Translations under genes and position numbers: made by a program | From: Anaerolineales bacterium | GTDB lineage: Bacteria > Chloroflexota > Anaerolineae > Anaerolineales > E44-bin32 | NCBI GenBank assembly: GCA_034430895.1 | Contig: DAOUDW010000034.1 | Coordinates: forward strand, 90,156 to 154,155 | Direction: 5' to 3' | DNA: 64,000 nucleotides | The notes under the pieces: generated by a model | What the model saw: only the letters and a program-made list of their open reading frames with translations | The model's database searches: none | What the model was told of the DNA's origin: nothing | Part shown: piece after piece, positions 1 to 9,437 of the stretch | How the letters are laid out: each line of letters opens with the position of its first letter | Numbering within the stretch: position 1 is the first letter of the stretch

Positions 1-1
1 T

Positions 2-1393
2 TTACAAAAAGCCGGCCTCGATCCCGATCGTGCCAGTGACGGTCACCAGGCGTTGGAGCTAATCGAGAAGACGAACTACGATCTGGTTGTTACCGATATC
101 TATATGCCTGGGGCCACGGGGCTGGAGTTGCTGCGTCGGGCGAAAGAAAAAGACCCACACTGCCAGGTTATCGTAGTGACTGCAGCCGCGACTTTGGACA
201 ACGCGGTCGAAGCTTTGAACAAGGGTGCTTTCGGATACATGACCAAACCCTTCGATCACATCAGTGTTTTCAACAGTATGATTGCCAGGGCGCTGGAGTT
301 CCGGAAGCTAATACTGGCGAACCAACGCCTGGCGGCGGCGCAGCGCAGGCGTGGTGACCTCCTTGAAGCAGAAGTAACGGAGAGGGTGCAGAAATTACGC
401 CAACGCCATAAGGAGACAATGGATCTTCTTGGTGCGTTACCTGACGGAGTACTCGTCGTTGGGGAGGATGGTCGTATCATTCTTCGCAGCCCGGTGGCAG
501 AAAAGTGGTTGACGCTGGAGTTAAAATCTGAGAATCAGCCTATTCGAGACTTCATTGTGAAAGCGTATACGGCAGGCGGTTCGTGGGAGACTCAAGTGCG
601 TCTCGGTGGCCATGTATTAAACCTGCGCTCGGAGGAATTACCGGCCATTGACGACCACAAACGACGCGTGGTCATCATTCGAGAGATCGGTTCACAGGAA
701 CTCGAGTTCGATTCAAGGTTATTAAACCCCCTGTCTAAAATTCATCGAAGCATCGATTGGTTGGAGAAAAATCAGCAGCGAAGTGATATTTCAAGTTCGA
801 TTGAATTCTTAAGGCTTCAGGTTGCTGAGATCGAAGAGCTTGCAAAGCACTCCGACAGTTCCAAGGAGTCAAAACCGGAAAAGCAAGTTAGCAATTCAAC
901 GGAGGGGGAAAACAAAGGCGTACAGCGCGATTCGAAAAATGCCACGAAGAACGCGGCATCCGATGCCCGGCAACCACCTAATAATGGAAATGGCCGGACG
1001 AATAGTGGGAAATTGATCGCCATTCCGAAGGCGGAACCTGATCTGGAACCTGCCATCGCTGCATTAGATCAGACTCAAATTTCTATTTCAACCAGATCGT
1101 CGCACATCGAAGCCGATCCAGAACCCGAGTCGATCGCCACGAAGCTTTTCAGTGAGGAAGAAATTGATTCGGCCTTTGAAGGCAAGCCAGAGATCGATCC
1201 GGTTGAGCGAGAGAAGGCGTTCGAGAAACTGATCGCCATGCTTGAAGGCGGTGCGTCCGGTGTGAGTAGCCGATTGGAACCGAAGGGTGGTATTTTGCTG
1301 GATGTGGGGAATAAAGAAAGCGAAAGTGGTCCATTCCGTGCGAGAAGGGATGATACCCCCTGGCCACCATTACCGCCATCTAAGGAAAAATGA
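2..1393 (+). CDS. Response regulator, 5'-truncated by the window edge: receiver domain, PAS-like segment and a long low-complexity tail
   Basis: The reading frame stays open back to position 2 (LQKAGLDPDRASDGHQALELI...), so the TTG at 53 in the ORF track is internal. Receiver signatures are DLVVTDIYMPG (phospho-acceptor Asp), VIVVTAAAT and YMTKPFD. LPDGVLVVGEDGRIILRS is PAS-like. The C-terminal ~190 aa are Ser/Glu/Pro/Asn-rich. Confidence 0.8.
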   Translation, partial: LQKAGLDPDRASDGHQALELIEKTNYDLVVTDIYMPGATGLELLRRAKEKDPHCQVIVVTAAATLDNAVEALNKGAFGYMTKPFDHISVFNSMIARALEFRKLILANQRLAAAQRRRGDLLEAEVTERVQKLRQRHKETMDLLGALPDGVLVVGEDGRIILRSPVAEKWLTLELKSENQPIRDFIVKAYTAGGSWETQVRLGGHVLNLRSEELPAIDDHKRRVVIIREIGSQELEFDSRLLNPLSKIHRSIDWLEKNQQRSDISSSIEFLRLQVAEIEELAKHSDSSKESKPEKQVSNSTEGENKGVQRDSKNATKNAASDARQPPNNGNGRTNSGKLIAIPKAEPDLEPAIAALDQTQISISTRSSHIEADPEPESIATKLFSEEEIDSAFEGKPEIDPVEREKAFEKLIAMLEGGASGVSSRLEPKGGILLDVGNKESESGPFRARRDDTPWPPLPPSKEK

Positions 1394-1403
1394 ATCGATC
1401 GAT

Positions 1404-1440
1404 AAAAAAAACTTCCCGGGTGCTAATCGCATCCGGGAAG
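1404..1440 (-). terminator. Rho-independent terminator after secF (possibly also serving the convergent response-regulator gene)
   Basis: An 8-10 bp GC-rich stem (cttcccgg / ccgggaag, 1412-1419 and 1433-1440) has a 13-nt loop. On the minus strand it is followed by an 8-nt T tract (A8 at 1404-1411 on plus). It lies 12 bp past the secF stop. Confidence 0.7.
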
Positions 1441-1451
1441 TCTGCTTTAAC

Positions 1452-2372
1452 CTAGGCTGCCGCTCGTTCTTTTCGGCGGAACCAGCTACGCCATTCTCGA
1501 TTCTCCCAAACCACGAGGATTGGTGCAGCGTTGAAAATCGATGAATACGTTCCGCTGAATACACCGATCAGAAGGATGGTGACGAAGTGCCGTGTGGTCA
1601 CGCCGCCAAAGAGTAACAAAGCCAACAGGGTTAGCATAACGGTAAGCTGCGTGTTGATCGATCGGTCGAGTGTTTGAACGATGGAATGGTTGACCAATTG
1701 CTCAAATTTGAGCAGACGGTGCCTGCGCTGATTCTCGCGAATGCGGTCGAAGACAACAATCGAGTCGTGCACTGAAAATCCAATGACGGTCAATAGTGCG
1801 GTGAGGAAGAGCGCATCGACTTCCCAACCAAGATAATGGCCGAGAATTGCCTCGACACCAATGACTACAGCGACATCATGAAGCATGGCGATGATGGCAG
1901 CAATACCAAACCGTCTTGCGTTTGGAACTCCACGGAATGCGTAGGTGATGTATAGGAGAATGAAAAGCGCTGCTAAGCCGATTGCGCCCGCTGCTTGTTG
2001 TGCGACCTCGATGCCAATCGATGGCCCGACCGAGTCAAAGCGAAGCAGCGTTAACGGCCCTTCGAAACGAGTTTCCATCTCTTCCAGGATGAGCGCTTTG
2101 GTTGCTTCGTCGATTAATTTGCTGCGTACGATGATGTCCGTCACGTCAGCGCTTTGGGCGATTGGATCGAGAACGCCCAAATCGTCATACAATTCAACGA
2201 CCTGTGCAGGTGCTGGAGGAGTGCCGGATTCGAAGCGTACTTCCAGAATACTTCCACCTGTAAAGTCGATTGCCAGAGGTAGGCCCCAGAGGATGATCGC
2301 AATGATCCCGGGGATGATTACGATGGTGGAGAGCGCAAAAAACCAATAGCGTTTTCCGACGATGTTCAACAT
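1452..2372 (-). CDS. secF: Protein translocase subunit SecF
   Basis: 306 aa. The IDFTGGS motif follows TM1 and the C-terminal multi-TM SecD/SecF core is present. It starts 10 bp downstream of secD on the same strand. Confidence 0.92.
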   Translation of the reverse strand: MLNIVGKRYWFFALSTIVIIPGIIAIILWGLPLAIDFTGGSILEVRFESGTPPAPAQVVELYDDLGVLDPIAQSADVTDIIVRSKLIDEATKALILEEMETRFEGPLTLLRFDSVGPSIGIEVAQQAAGAIGLAALFILLYITYAFRGVPNARRFGIAAIIAMLHDVAVVIGVEAILGHYLGWEVDALFLTALLTVIGFSVHDSIVVFDRIRENQRRHRLLKFEQLVNHSIVQTLDRSINTQLTVMLTLLALLLFGGVTTRHFVTILLIGVFSGTYSSIFNAAPILVVWENREWRSWFRRKERAAA

Positions 2373-2382
2373 TGTGTGGCTC

Positions 2383-3801
2383 CTAAATCCCGAACCAACG
2401 CGGGTGTTCCGCGAAGTGGATATTATCCAGAACGATGTGCAAGAGAGTCCGCGTGACGGTAATCGCGGTAAAAAGGCTCACCAGGACACCCAACGCCAGC
2501 GTAATGGAAAAGCCTTTCACAATGCTGGCGCCGAAGGTGTTGCCGAACCAATACAGGATCAGACAAGTGATCAGCGTTGAAATATTGGAATCCCGAATGG
2601 AAGGCCAGGCGCGTGAGAAACCGAGATCAATGGCCGTGCGCAGGTTGCGGCCACTTCGCAGTTCTTCTTTCAAACGTTCGAAAATAAGCACGTTGGCGTC
2701 GACAGCCACACCGATGGAAAGCACGAAGCCCGCGATACCTGGCAGTGTTAGTGTGACCGGAATGGTTTTGAACAGCGCGAATGTGATCGCCGCATAGCAA
2801 AGCAACGCCAAATCGGCCAGTAGTCCGGGAAGCCGATAGTACAAAGCCATAAATGCCATCACGACACAAAGTCCTGCCAGACCAGCTGTTGTGCTTTTCT
2901 GGAGTGAATCCTGGCCCAGCGTTGGACCGACTGTTTTATTCTCCACGACTTTGAGGGGTATTGGCAAGGCACCATAATTCAATTGGATCGCCAGGTTGTT
3001 GGCCTCCTCCCGGGAGAAGTGACCGGTAATGCGAGCCTGGCCGCTGGGAATGGCTTGTTGAATCTCCGGGAAGGAAATCAATTGCTTGTCTAAAACGATG
3101 CCCAGGATGTCACCAATATGTGTAGCAGTGTAATCGGTAAATATTTCACCACCTTCTTCGGTGAACTCCAATGCAACGGAAAAGTTGCCAATTTCGTCTT
3201 GACCGACCCCCGAGCCTTTAAGATGTGCGCCGGTAAGAACCGTATGGAAGATTTTATCTTCCGATGTATCAACTGCTTCTTCCTCGCTTGGTGTGGGCTG
3301 CGCCTCATCCGAAGCTGGCGTTGGTGTTGCCGTCTCTTCGGCGGAGTCATCACTTTCTTCCAATCCGAAATCTGTTTTGATTCGTTGGCCGGGAGCCAGT
3401 GAATAGACATCTTCGTACCTGATTTCAATAAACTCGAGCAAGCCGGTTTCCTTGATGGTGGCTATGGCTTCTTCGGGGTTGCCAATTCCCGGCAGTTCGG
3501 CTAATATCCGGCGCGATCCTGCGACCTGAACAACAGGTTCGGTGAGACCAAGTGCATTGACTCGTTTCTCAATGATCGATGCTGCAGTGTTTAACTGCTC
3601 GGGCTCGATTTCCGTCGTCTCTGGTAGATCCGCCTCGAGGAGCACACGTAATCCACCTTGTAGATCCAAGCCCTGAACGACTTCAAAGTCTTTATCTAGA
3701 AATGATAGATGGATTCCCGGATTATCTGGAAGCACGATCCAGATTGCGCTGGCCATGATGAGTAGGATGAAGACGAAGCGTCTGTAATGGCTTTTAAACA
3801 T
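2383..3801 (-). CDS. secD: Protein translocase subunit SecD
   Basis: 472 aa. It has an N-terminal TM helix, the LDLQGGLRVLLEA signature, a large periplasmic head domain and a C-terminal 5-TM core (FERLKEELRSGRNLRTAIDLGFSRAW). An AGGAGG RBS precedes the ATG. Confidence 0.92.
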   Translation of the reverse strand: MFKSHYRRFVFILLIMASAIWIVLPDNPGIHLSFLDKDFEVVQGLDLQGGLRVLLEADLPETTEIEPEQLNTAASIIEKRVNALGLTEPVVQVAGSRRILAELPGIGNPEEAIATIKETGLLEFIEIRYEDVYSLAPGQRIKTDFGLEESDDSAEETATPTPASDEAQPTPSEEEAVDTSEDKIFHTVLTGAHLKGSGVGQDEIGNFSVALEFTEEGGEIFTDYTATHIGDILGIVLDKQLISFPEIQQAIPSGQARITGHFSREEANNLAIQLNYGALPIPLKVVENKTVGPTLGQDSLQKSTTAGLAGLCVVMAFMALYYRLPGLLADLALLCYAAITFALFKTIPVTLTLPGIAGFVLSIGVAVDANVLIFERLKEELRSGRNLRTAIDLGFSRAWPSIRDSNISTLITCLILYWFGNTFGASIVKGFSITLALGVLVSLFTAITVTRTLLHIVLDNIHFAEHPRWFGI

Positions 3802-3827
3802 CGTAATGAATTCCTCCTGCGCCCATG

Positions 3828-3851
3828 AAAAACCAGCCGCTCCTGGCTGGG
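3828..3851 (-). terminator. Weak hairpin plus T5, a possible attenuator or terminator between the P-loop gene and secD
   Basis: On the minus strand: ccagcc-aggagc-ggctgg followed by ttttt, about 25 nt upstream of the secD start. The stem is only 6 bp, so function is uncertain. Confidence 0.3.
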
Positions 3852-3920
3852 AGAGCTGGCAAGACGTTCTGATTATACTGTGTCCTGGGCTGGAAAAACA
3901 GGTTGTCGATAATGATGGCC

Positions 3921-4295
3921 TTACTCGATCTCAATGCCAAAGTCCTGTAAGGCCTGCAATGAACGTTGCAGCACTTCATCCGGGGTTAATTCGTCCGTTT
4001 CGATGTAGATATGACAATTCGCACGTGCGTGCGCTAATCTCTTTTTTTGTGCTTCGTACTCTTGTGATGTCCATGAGAGAGATTTTCGCTGCGTACATAC
4101 CGGGTAGGATGCGTCGAGGTAGATGAGAATTGTAGGCTTTGCGAGGACTGCCCACATATTTGCCACATAGGAATGTTCTTGTGCGATTTGCCGCGCAGAT
4201 ATCTTTTTAGCTTGAAGGGCATGGGCTAGCGTGGTCTTTCCCGAGGCACAGGGACCCACAATGGCAATTCTTGCTTGATTATCGTTTTGACTCAT
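3921..4295 (-). CDS. Small P-loop NTPase or kinase-like protein (124 aa)
   Basis: Walker A motif GPCASGKTT lies near the N-terminus. No other domain is recognisable. It starts 18 bp downstream of the phosphatase gene. Confidence 0.6.
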   Translation of the reverse strand: MSQNDNQARIAIVGPCASGKTTLAHALQAKKISARQIAQEHSYVANMWAVLAKPTILIYLDASYPVCTQRKSLSWTSQEYEAQKKRLAHARANCHIYIETDELTPDEVLQRSLQALQDFGIEIE

Positions 4296-4313
4296 CTCGC
4301 ATATTCATTCGAC

Positions 4314-5018
4314 TTATTTCAATGGCATACGAACATACAGGTTGCGAGTATCGTTGCTGTCGTGGGGGAGGATACACATCACGAGAACGCTGATATCGTC
4401 ACCAGGGCGGCCTTCATCGAGTTCCATGGCACAATTTAACAAGTGGGAAGCCCATTCTTGCGGATTCGGTGGGCCTGCATTGAGGAGTTCTTCTACACTC
4501 TGCATGATGTTCAGGCATTGTCCACTTCGCTCGCCAGCGTACATCAATCCATCGGTAAAAACAATCGCAGCCAAGCCTGCTCGAAGAGGGTATTCGTGGA
4601 TCGATGGGCGAATCGCTTTACGGATACCGACGGGTTCGACGGGATCGTCGATCGTTTCGATCTCCCTGTCTTGAACCAAGATTACAGGCGTGTGGTTGTT
4701 ACGAACGATGACCAGACTCTGACTGAGTAGATCGACCGAAAGTATATTTAGTGTTGCCATCACTTTGCCGGCTCGATAGGTAAAAAGGTAATCCGAGGCA
4801 GCTCGGGCTACGGCGCCATCGCGCACACCATCGGCGAGTAAACTGATCGCTTTCCTGGCTACGATGTTGGAGATCGCCTTTGCAGATTTTCCGGATCTTT
4901 GACCGTCGACCAATACAAAGGACAACCCGCCACTTGGGCGCTCCACCATCTCAAGTGTGTCCCCACTTTCGGAAGTTGCATATTTCCCAATCTTCGCGGC
5001 AGCAAATTGTGCTTGCAT
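4314..5018 (-). CDS. Stand-alone SpoIIE/PP2C-family (PPM) serine phosphatase domain protein
   Basis: 234 aa. The SpoIIE-type motif series is ESGDTLEM, VLVDGQRSGKSA, ATLNILSVD, IVFTDGLMYA and GDDISVLVM. There is no sensor or TM domain. Confidence 0.75.
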   Translation of the reverse strand: MQAQFAAAKIGKYATSESGDTLEMVERPSGGLSFVLVDGQRSGKSAKAISNIVARKAISLLADGVRDGAVARAASDYLFTYRAGKVMATLNILSVDLLSQSLVIVRNNHTPVILVQDREIETIDDPVEPVGIRKAIRPSIHEYPLRAGLAAIVFTDGLMYAGERSGQCLNIMQSVEELLNAGPPNPQEWASHLLNCAMELDEGRPGDDISVLVMCILPHDSNDTRNLYVRMPLK

Positions 5019-5169
5019 GGGTTAGATTGTACTTCTCACGCTTGGCATTGTCCAACTTGTAAGGGTATAGCAAGGTGACTTGATGCCGAAGTAGGATATT
5101 GTTAGCATGATACCTGCAGGGGGAAGACGTGCTGTGCACGGTCTTTGTGGGAGGTTCATTTTAGGTATT

Positions 5170-6480
5170 ATGGAAAATCATTCTATTCATTTGCCGTCGA
5201 CCATGGTGCAAGCGATAAGTCTCGTCGCGGACATGGTTGGCGATACGCATTATTCCGTTGTGTCGGAATACCCTGCCCATTTACCAGCGATTGAAGGTGA
5301 CGAGGATCGCCTGGTTCAGGTTATCGCCAGCCTTGTTGCACACATTGTCCAAACGACATCCCATGATGAGGTGCGCGTCCGCGCTGAATTCGTCTCGGCC
5401 GGCGATCAAGTATATAGCTTCCAACTCTCGGATGAGAAAATGCGCGATCTTCAGAATCGTGCGCCCTGCATCATTGTCACTGTCAGCAACGTCGGTCAGG
5501 AAGCGAATTTACCGAGCGTCGACATCCCTACGGAAGAAAGCAGGCTGAAACAGGACAGCGTAGCATATATTTACCCACTTTCAGAATGTGAAAGAATCAT
5601 TTCTACATTCGGTGGGCATTTATGGCTGCTCGGAAACGAGAAACTGGGGAAACGCTTGCACATGGCATTGCCGCTGCGGGCGACTCAAGTGGATGGCGCC
5701 GATGTATCTCCGCTGCGTCGGATCGTGGAAGATCGCCTTCCTGATGCTGATAAAACCGGAAATACGATTCTTGTGATGGTGGAAGAAAGATCAATCCGGG
5801 ATCTGCTTGTTAAGGAACTCAGAACGGCAGGGTATGAACTCATCGAAGCAATGAGAGCGGGAGATGTCTTGCCGTTGGCCAGGGAGCACCTGCCGGATTT
5901 GATCTTACTCGATTTGCTTGCTCGCGATCCAACGGCGATGGATATCGCCATGATATTAAAGCACGACCATACTGCTCAACGAATCCCGGTGATCTTTCTG
6001 ACTACAACGAGCAATCCGGATGGGAGTATTCGCTTAGGTGCCGCAAATTTTCTCGTTCGTCCGGTTGGAACGGGTGCATTGTTAGCTACCGTGCGTGCGG
6101 TGCTTCATTCTGGTTTTAAACCGGCTTCACGTGTTCTCATCGTCGAAGCAAACGAGGCAGCCCGCGAGAATATGGTCATGATGATCCAGGCACATGGCCA
6201 TCGGGTAACCGTAGCTACAGGCCCCGAAGAAGCCTTGGCACTCGCTGAAAGGGTCGAACCGGACATCATTCTCGTGAACGTTCAATTGGCCCAGGATCGT
6301 GATTACTGGCTGCTGCGAGGTTTACGTCAGTTATCGCAGGAAAGCGCGATTTTCGTTCTGGCAGACGTGCTCAGCGATGAGGAGGGTCAAGCTGCGATGA
6401 GCCGTGGCGCATCGGGATATGGAGACACGGGGAGGCTTTCCGACATCCTAGACCTTGTTGGTGGGGACGACGAGGAATAG
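5170..6480 (+). CDS. Degenerate HATPase-like domain fused to two receiver-like domains (no DHp/H-box)
   Basis: I prefer ATG 5170 (GGGAGG 15 nt upstream) over the ORF-track start at 5107. N-box-like EGDEDRLVQVIASLVAHIV has Asn replaced by His. The G1-like motif is SNVGQ rather than DxGxG. REC1 is ILVMVEE...DLILLDL...VIFLTTT...FLVRP (Lys to Arg). REC2 is VLIVEANE...DIILVNV (Asp to Asn). Confidence 0.7.
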   Translation: MENHSIHLPSTMVQAISLVADMVGDTHYSVVSEYPAHLPAIEGDEDRLVQVIASLVAHIVQTTSHDEVRVRAEFVSAGDQVYSFQLSDEKMRDLQNRAPCIIVTVSNVGQEANLPSVDIPTEESRLKQDSVAYIYPLSECERIISTFGGHLWLLGNEKLGKRLHMALPLRATQVDGADVSPLRRIVEDRLPDADKTGNTILVMVEERSIRDLLVKELRTAGYELIEAMRAGDVLPLAREHLPDLILLDLLARDPTAMDIAMILKHDHTAQRIPVIFLTTTSNPDGSIRLGAANFLVRPVGTGALLATVRAVLHSGFKPASRVLIVEANEAARENMVMMIQAHGHRVTVATGPEEALALAERVEPDIILVNVQLAQDRDYWLLRGLRQLSQESAIFVLADVLSDEEGQAAMSRGASGYGDTGRLSDILDLVGGDDEE

Positions 6481-6565
6481 ACTTCCACAGCGCGTATAAA
6501 CTTCTGTTCCCGTCCAGGGAACACAATCCTTGATCGATACTCAATTGTATTCGCATCCAAGTGGG

Positions 6566-7594
6566 CTAAAAAACATCCACGGTCGTTCCGTGGCCTGCTT
6601 TTAGGATTTCGTCGGCTTCAATCACCGGCGTACACCAGCGAAACAGCCATTTCGCTTCTTCAGAGCGCATATTAACGCAGCCATGGCTTTTAGGACGACC
6701 GAAGTCCGTATGCCAGTAGGTGCCGTGAAATGCCACACCCGTTTTGTGGAAGAACGAAACCCACGGGACTCCCGGAAGTTCGTAAGCTTCCAAATTGGGC
6801 GTGAGATGTCCATCACCCATATGACGCAGCGGCGTTTTCTTGGTGATGTAGAATCTGCCCCGTGGTGTCGCCGTAGGTATACCGTTTGGACCTGGTTCTT
6901 GATTGGGGATACCGCTGGATATGCGCGTGCGAAATATGACTTCTTCCTTCTCGTAAACTCGCAACTCTTGATAGGCCAAGGAGACTTCGATCCGTTTTTC
7001 GTGTGGTTCGAGATGTGTGGAAATGGGTTCGAGTTCTTCCTTTTCGATAAAGCGCAGGTGCTCGGCACGGGTATAGTATTTTACCTTTAGCAGATCATCG
7101 AGAAGACAGTACCAGGTTCTACCATCACTTCCCTTTTCTATCGAAGTGACCCAAGCAATTGATTGATAGTAAAGGCGGTAGAGTGGATCGGATTGCGGGT
7201 CAGGCTTTCGGTAGGATCGTGTGAATGGTACGCACACTTCGAAGAGGGCACCATTTTCCGGCACTTCACTGCGTGGCTGGACTGGCTTCCAGCTCACACA
7301 TTGGATATGACCGGAATGGATGAAACCATCAGATATTTGATACCAAACCGGGTTATTTACAGGACCATCGTCTGAACGGATGCGTTCCAGAAGGGTTAGC
7401 AAAGTGTCACGTTCGATGTATGCAAGACGAGTTGCCTGAAAAGATGGTTCGAGATAGAGTCCGATGGAGGTGACTGTAACACGTCCCAATCCGATAGGAT
7501 CGTTAAAGTTGATTGGAGGAGGGGGTGTGCAGATCATCCCCCCAGCGGCCAATGCAGCAAGCTTTACGAAGCTACGTCGATTCATTGTATCCAT
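6566..7594 (-). CDS. L,D-transpeptidase (YkuD domain) with a Tat-type signal peptide
   Basis: Catalytic motif HGTYWHTDFGRPKSHGCVNM is present. The twin-arginine signal MDTMNRRSFVKLAALAAGG begins at the internal Met, so I trimmed the start from 7744 to 7594. The upstream 50 codons look non-coding. Confidence 0.85.
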   Translation of the reverse strand: MDTMNRRSFVKLAALAAGGMICTPPPPINFNDPIGLGRVTVTSIGLYLEPSFQATRLAYIERDTLLTLLERIRSDDGPVNNPVWYQISDGFIHSGHIQCVSWKPVQPRSEVPENGALFEVCVPFTRSYRKPDPQSDPLYRLYYQSIAWVTSIEKGSDGRTWYCLLDDLLKVKYYTRAEHLRFIEKEELEPISTHLEPHEKRIEVSLAYQELRVYEKEEVIFRTRISSGIPNQEPGPNGIPTATPRGRFYITKKTPLRHMGDGHLTPNLEAYELPGVPWVSFFHKTGVAFHGTYWHTDFGRPKSHGCVNMRSEEAKWLFRWCTPVIEADEILKAGHGTTVDVF

Positions 7595-7743
7595 TGTTTT
7601 CAAATTGTACTGATTATGTCTAAAAATAACAACGTATACACAGATTTTGGCAAGATTATCCTCGGTTATTGATGCTTTGGATATGAATTTGCGGTAGGGT
7701 GGGCTGTGAAATTTATTCCTCCCCAAATTGGACAAACCCATCA

Positions 7744-7752
7744 TGGTATAAT
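7744..7752 (+). promoter_or_regulatory. Candidate extended -10 promoter element upstream of thpR
   Basis: TGgTATAAT (TATAAT at 7747-7752) lies about 83 nt upstream of the thpR start. There is no good -35 at proper spacing. Confidence 0.3.
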
Positions 7753-7834
7753 GCCCCGCATCCAGGGAATCCGTGAAAATCGGTTACGATTTCTATATTG
7801 ATCAGAATCATACCGAGAGCATCAGGAAAGCAGC

Positions 7835-8425
7835 TTGCAGGACGTACGCGCTTTTATCGCTATTAATCTGCCTGAAGATATCATTCAGCGATTGGGAAAC
7901 CAAATTGTAATTATCAGCGACCTTGTGCCGCAGGGTTTGATTCGCTGGGTGCGAGAAGCAAACATCCACATCACATTGAAATTTTTAGGTAATGTTACAA
8001 CTGTCGATCTCGATAAAATAACAAACTCAATGCAGCACATCGCAGTCAGGCATGCTGCTTTTCAATTTGATGTTGCTTCGTTTGGATGTTTCCCGGATAT
8101 CCAATCACCTCGTACATTATGGATCGGCATTCGTGAACCCAATGGTGCACTCTTGCGTTTACAATCTGATTTCGAGGATGGTTTAGAAGGGCTTGGTTTT
8201 TCACGTGAGCGGCGAAAATTCCATTCCCATCTGACGATCGGTCGCGTAAAAAGACATGTTCATCGAAATGAGATATCAGATTTGGCTCAGCATCTTACGC
8301 AGGTCAATGTTGGAAATATCGGCACAGTTCAGGTGAGTGAAATAGCGTTGATGCGTAGCGACCTTCGTCCGACAGGCGCTGTTTACACTCGTATCGCTGT
8401 TGTTAACCTCAAGGAGATGGTTTGA
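7835..8425 (+). CDS. thpR: RNA 2',3'-cyclic phosphodiesterase (2H phosphoesterase, LigT/ThpR)
   Basis: 196 aa with the two H-x-T/S-x motifs of the 2H family (HITLKF and HLTIGR) at the expected spacing. It has a TTG start. Confidence 0.85.
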   Translation: MQDVRAFIAINLPEDIIQRLGNQIVIISDLVPQGLIRWVREANIHITLKFLGNVTTVDLDKITNSMQHIAVRHAAFQFDVASFGCFPDIQSPRTLWIGIREPNGALLRLQSDFEDGLEGLGFSRERRKFHSHLTIGRVKRHVHRNEISDLAQHLTQVNVGNIGTVQVSEIALMRSDLRPTGAVYTRIAVVNLKEMV

Positions 8426-8922
8426 GTTACGAGTATATGCCCGTTGTGTCTGTAATCGGTGCTGCAGAAAGTACTGCGGCGCAGGATGCCGACGCTGAGG
8501 AAATTGGAAGATTGCTCGCGGAGCAAAGTATTATTCTTGCCTGTGGTGGGCGGAGTGGTGTAATGCAAGCGGCAAGTCGTGGCGCGCGAAACGCAGGAGG
8601 TTTAACCATCGGTATTCTTCCCGGAACCGATCGGGATAGCGGCAATCCTTATCTAAGCGTCGCTCTTCCAACCGGACTCGGCCATGCGCGCAATGTGCTT
8701 GTGATTCTCGCAGGACAAGTTGTTATCGCCATCGGTGGAGGATTCGGCACACTCTCAGAGATTGCGATGGCGTTGAAGATGGGGAAGAAGGTAATTGGCC
8801 TTCGCACATGGCAAGCTGAAAACCATCGGGGAGAGCTCGCCAGTATTCATGCAGTCAATACTCCTGTAGAGGCTGTATCTGTTGTGAATTCGTTCTTGTC
8901 AACTACAAGACCAGGCAGTTAA
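8422..8922 (+). CDS. LOG / TIGR00725-like Rossmann-fold nucleotide-binding protein
   Basis: Motifs are GGRSGVMQAASRGA and the PGGxGTxxE-like GGGFGTLSE. The TTG start overlaps the thpR stop and lies 5 nt after AGGAG; ATG 8437 is an alternative start. Confidence 0.75.
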   Translation: MSYEYMPVVSVIGAAESTAAQDADAEEIGRLLAEQSIILACGGRSGVMQAASRGARNAGGLTIGILPGTDRDSGNPYLSVALPTGLGHARNVLVILAGQVVIAIGGGFGTLSEIAMALKMGKKVIGLRTWQAENHRGELASIHAVNTPVEAVSVVNSFLSTTRPGS

Positions 8923-8925
8923 CGG

Positions 8926-9279
8926 ATGTCAGAAACCGCTCTTGAACTCGCGCACACCATTGTGGAAACCCTCGATGAGAAAAAAGGGGCCGATATCCTC
9001 CTCCTTGATTTGATCGGTGTTTGCTCGTTTACAGATTATTTTATATTGTGTACAGCGGTCAGTGAACGCACACTCAAGGCGCTTGCAGAGGAAGTCCACC
9101 TTCAGATCAAGAAGAAGTATTCCAAAAATGAATACAGCCTTGAAGGCGATGCAAGCAGTGGTTGGATCCTCATCGATTATGGTGATGTAATCCTGCATCT
9201 CTTTTCGGCGGATTTGCGTAATTATTATAAGCTTGAGGAATTATGGGAGGATGGGAAAGTCCTTTTGCGAATTCAGTAA
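8926..9279 (+). CDS. rsfS: Ribosome silencing factor RsfS (Iojap family)
   Basis: 117 aa. Family-typical motifs are KKGADILLLDL, TDYFILCT and WILIDYGDVILHLF...R.YY.LE.LW. Confidence 0.9.
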   Translation: MSETALELAHTIVETLDEKKGADILLLDLIGVCSFTDYFILCTAVSERTLKALAEEVHLQIKKKYSKNEYSLEGDASSGWILIDYGDVILHLFSADLRNYYKLEELWEDGKVLLRIQ

Positions 9280-9354
9280 TTAGCAGATAGCGAATTGCAG
9301 AGTGATCGAATACCATCGTGTAATATATTGAGGGATCGACAACGGGGATTCGAT

Positions 9355-9393
9355 AAAGGAAGCCCATGGAAAAATGGGCTTCCTTTATTTTAT
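9355..9393. terminator. Rho-independent terminator after rsfS (convergent with the giant TPR gene)
   Basis: A perfect 12-bp stem (aaaggaagccca / tgggcttccttt) has an 8-nt loop and is followed by attttat. It sits between convergent gene ends at 9279 and 9438. Confidence 0.8.
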
Positions 9394-9437
9394 AACTTGG
9401 TCTCAGGGTGACCACATTAACGAAGACGTATAAATAT

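Noticed and set aside
7595-7744. 50-codon N-terminal extension of the L,D-transpeptidase ORF
   Set aside because: The Tat signal peptide (MDTMNRRSFVKLAALAAGG) must be N-terminal to function. The upstream residues are AT-rich and not protein-like.
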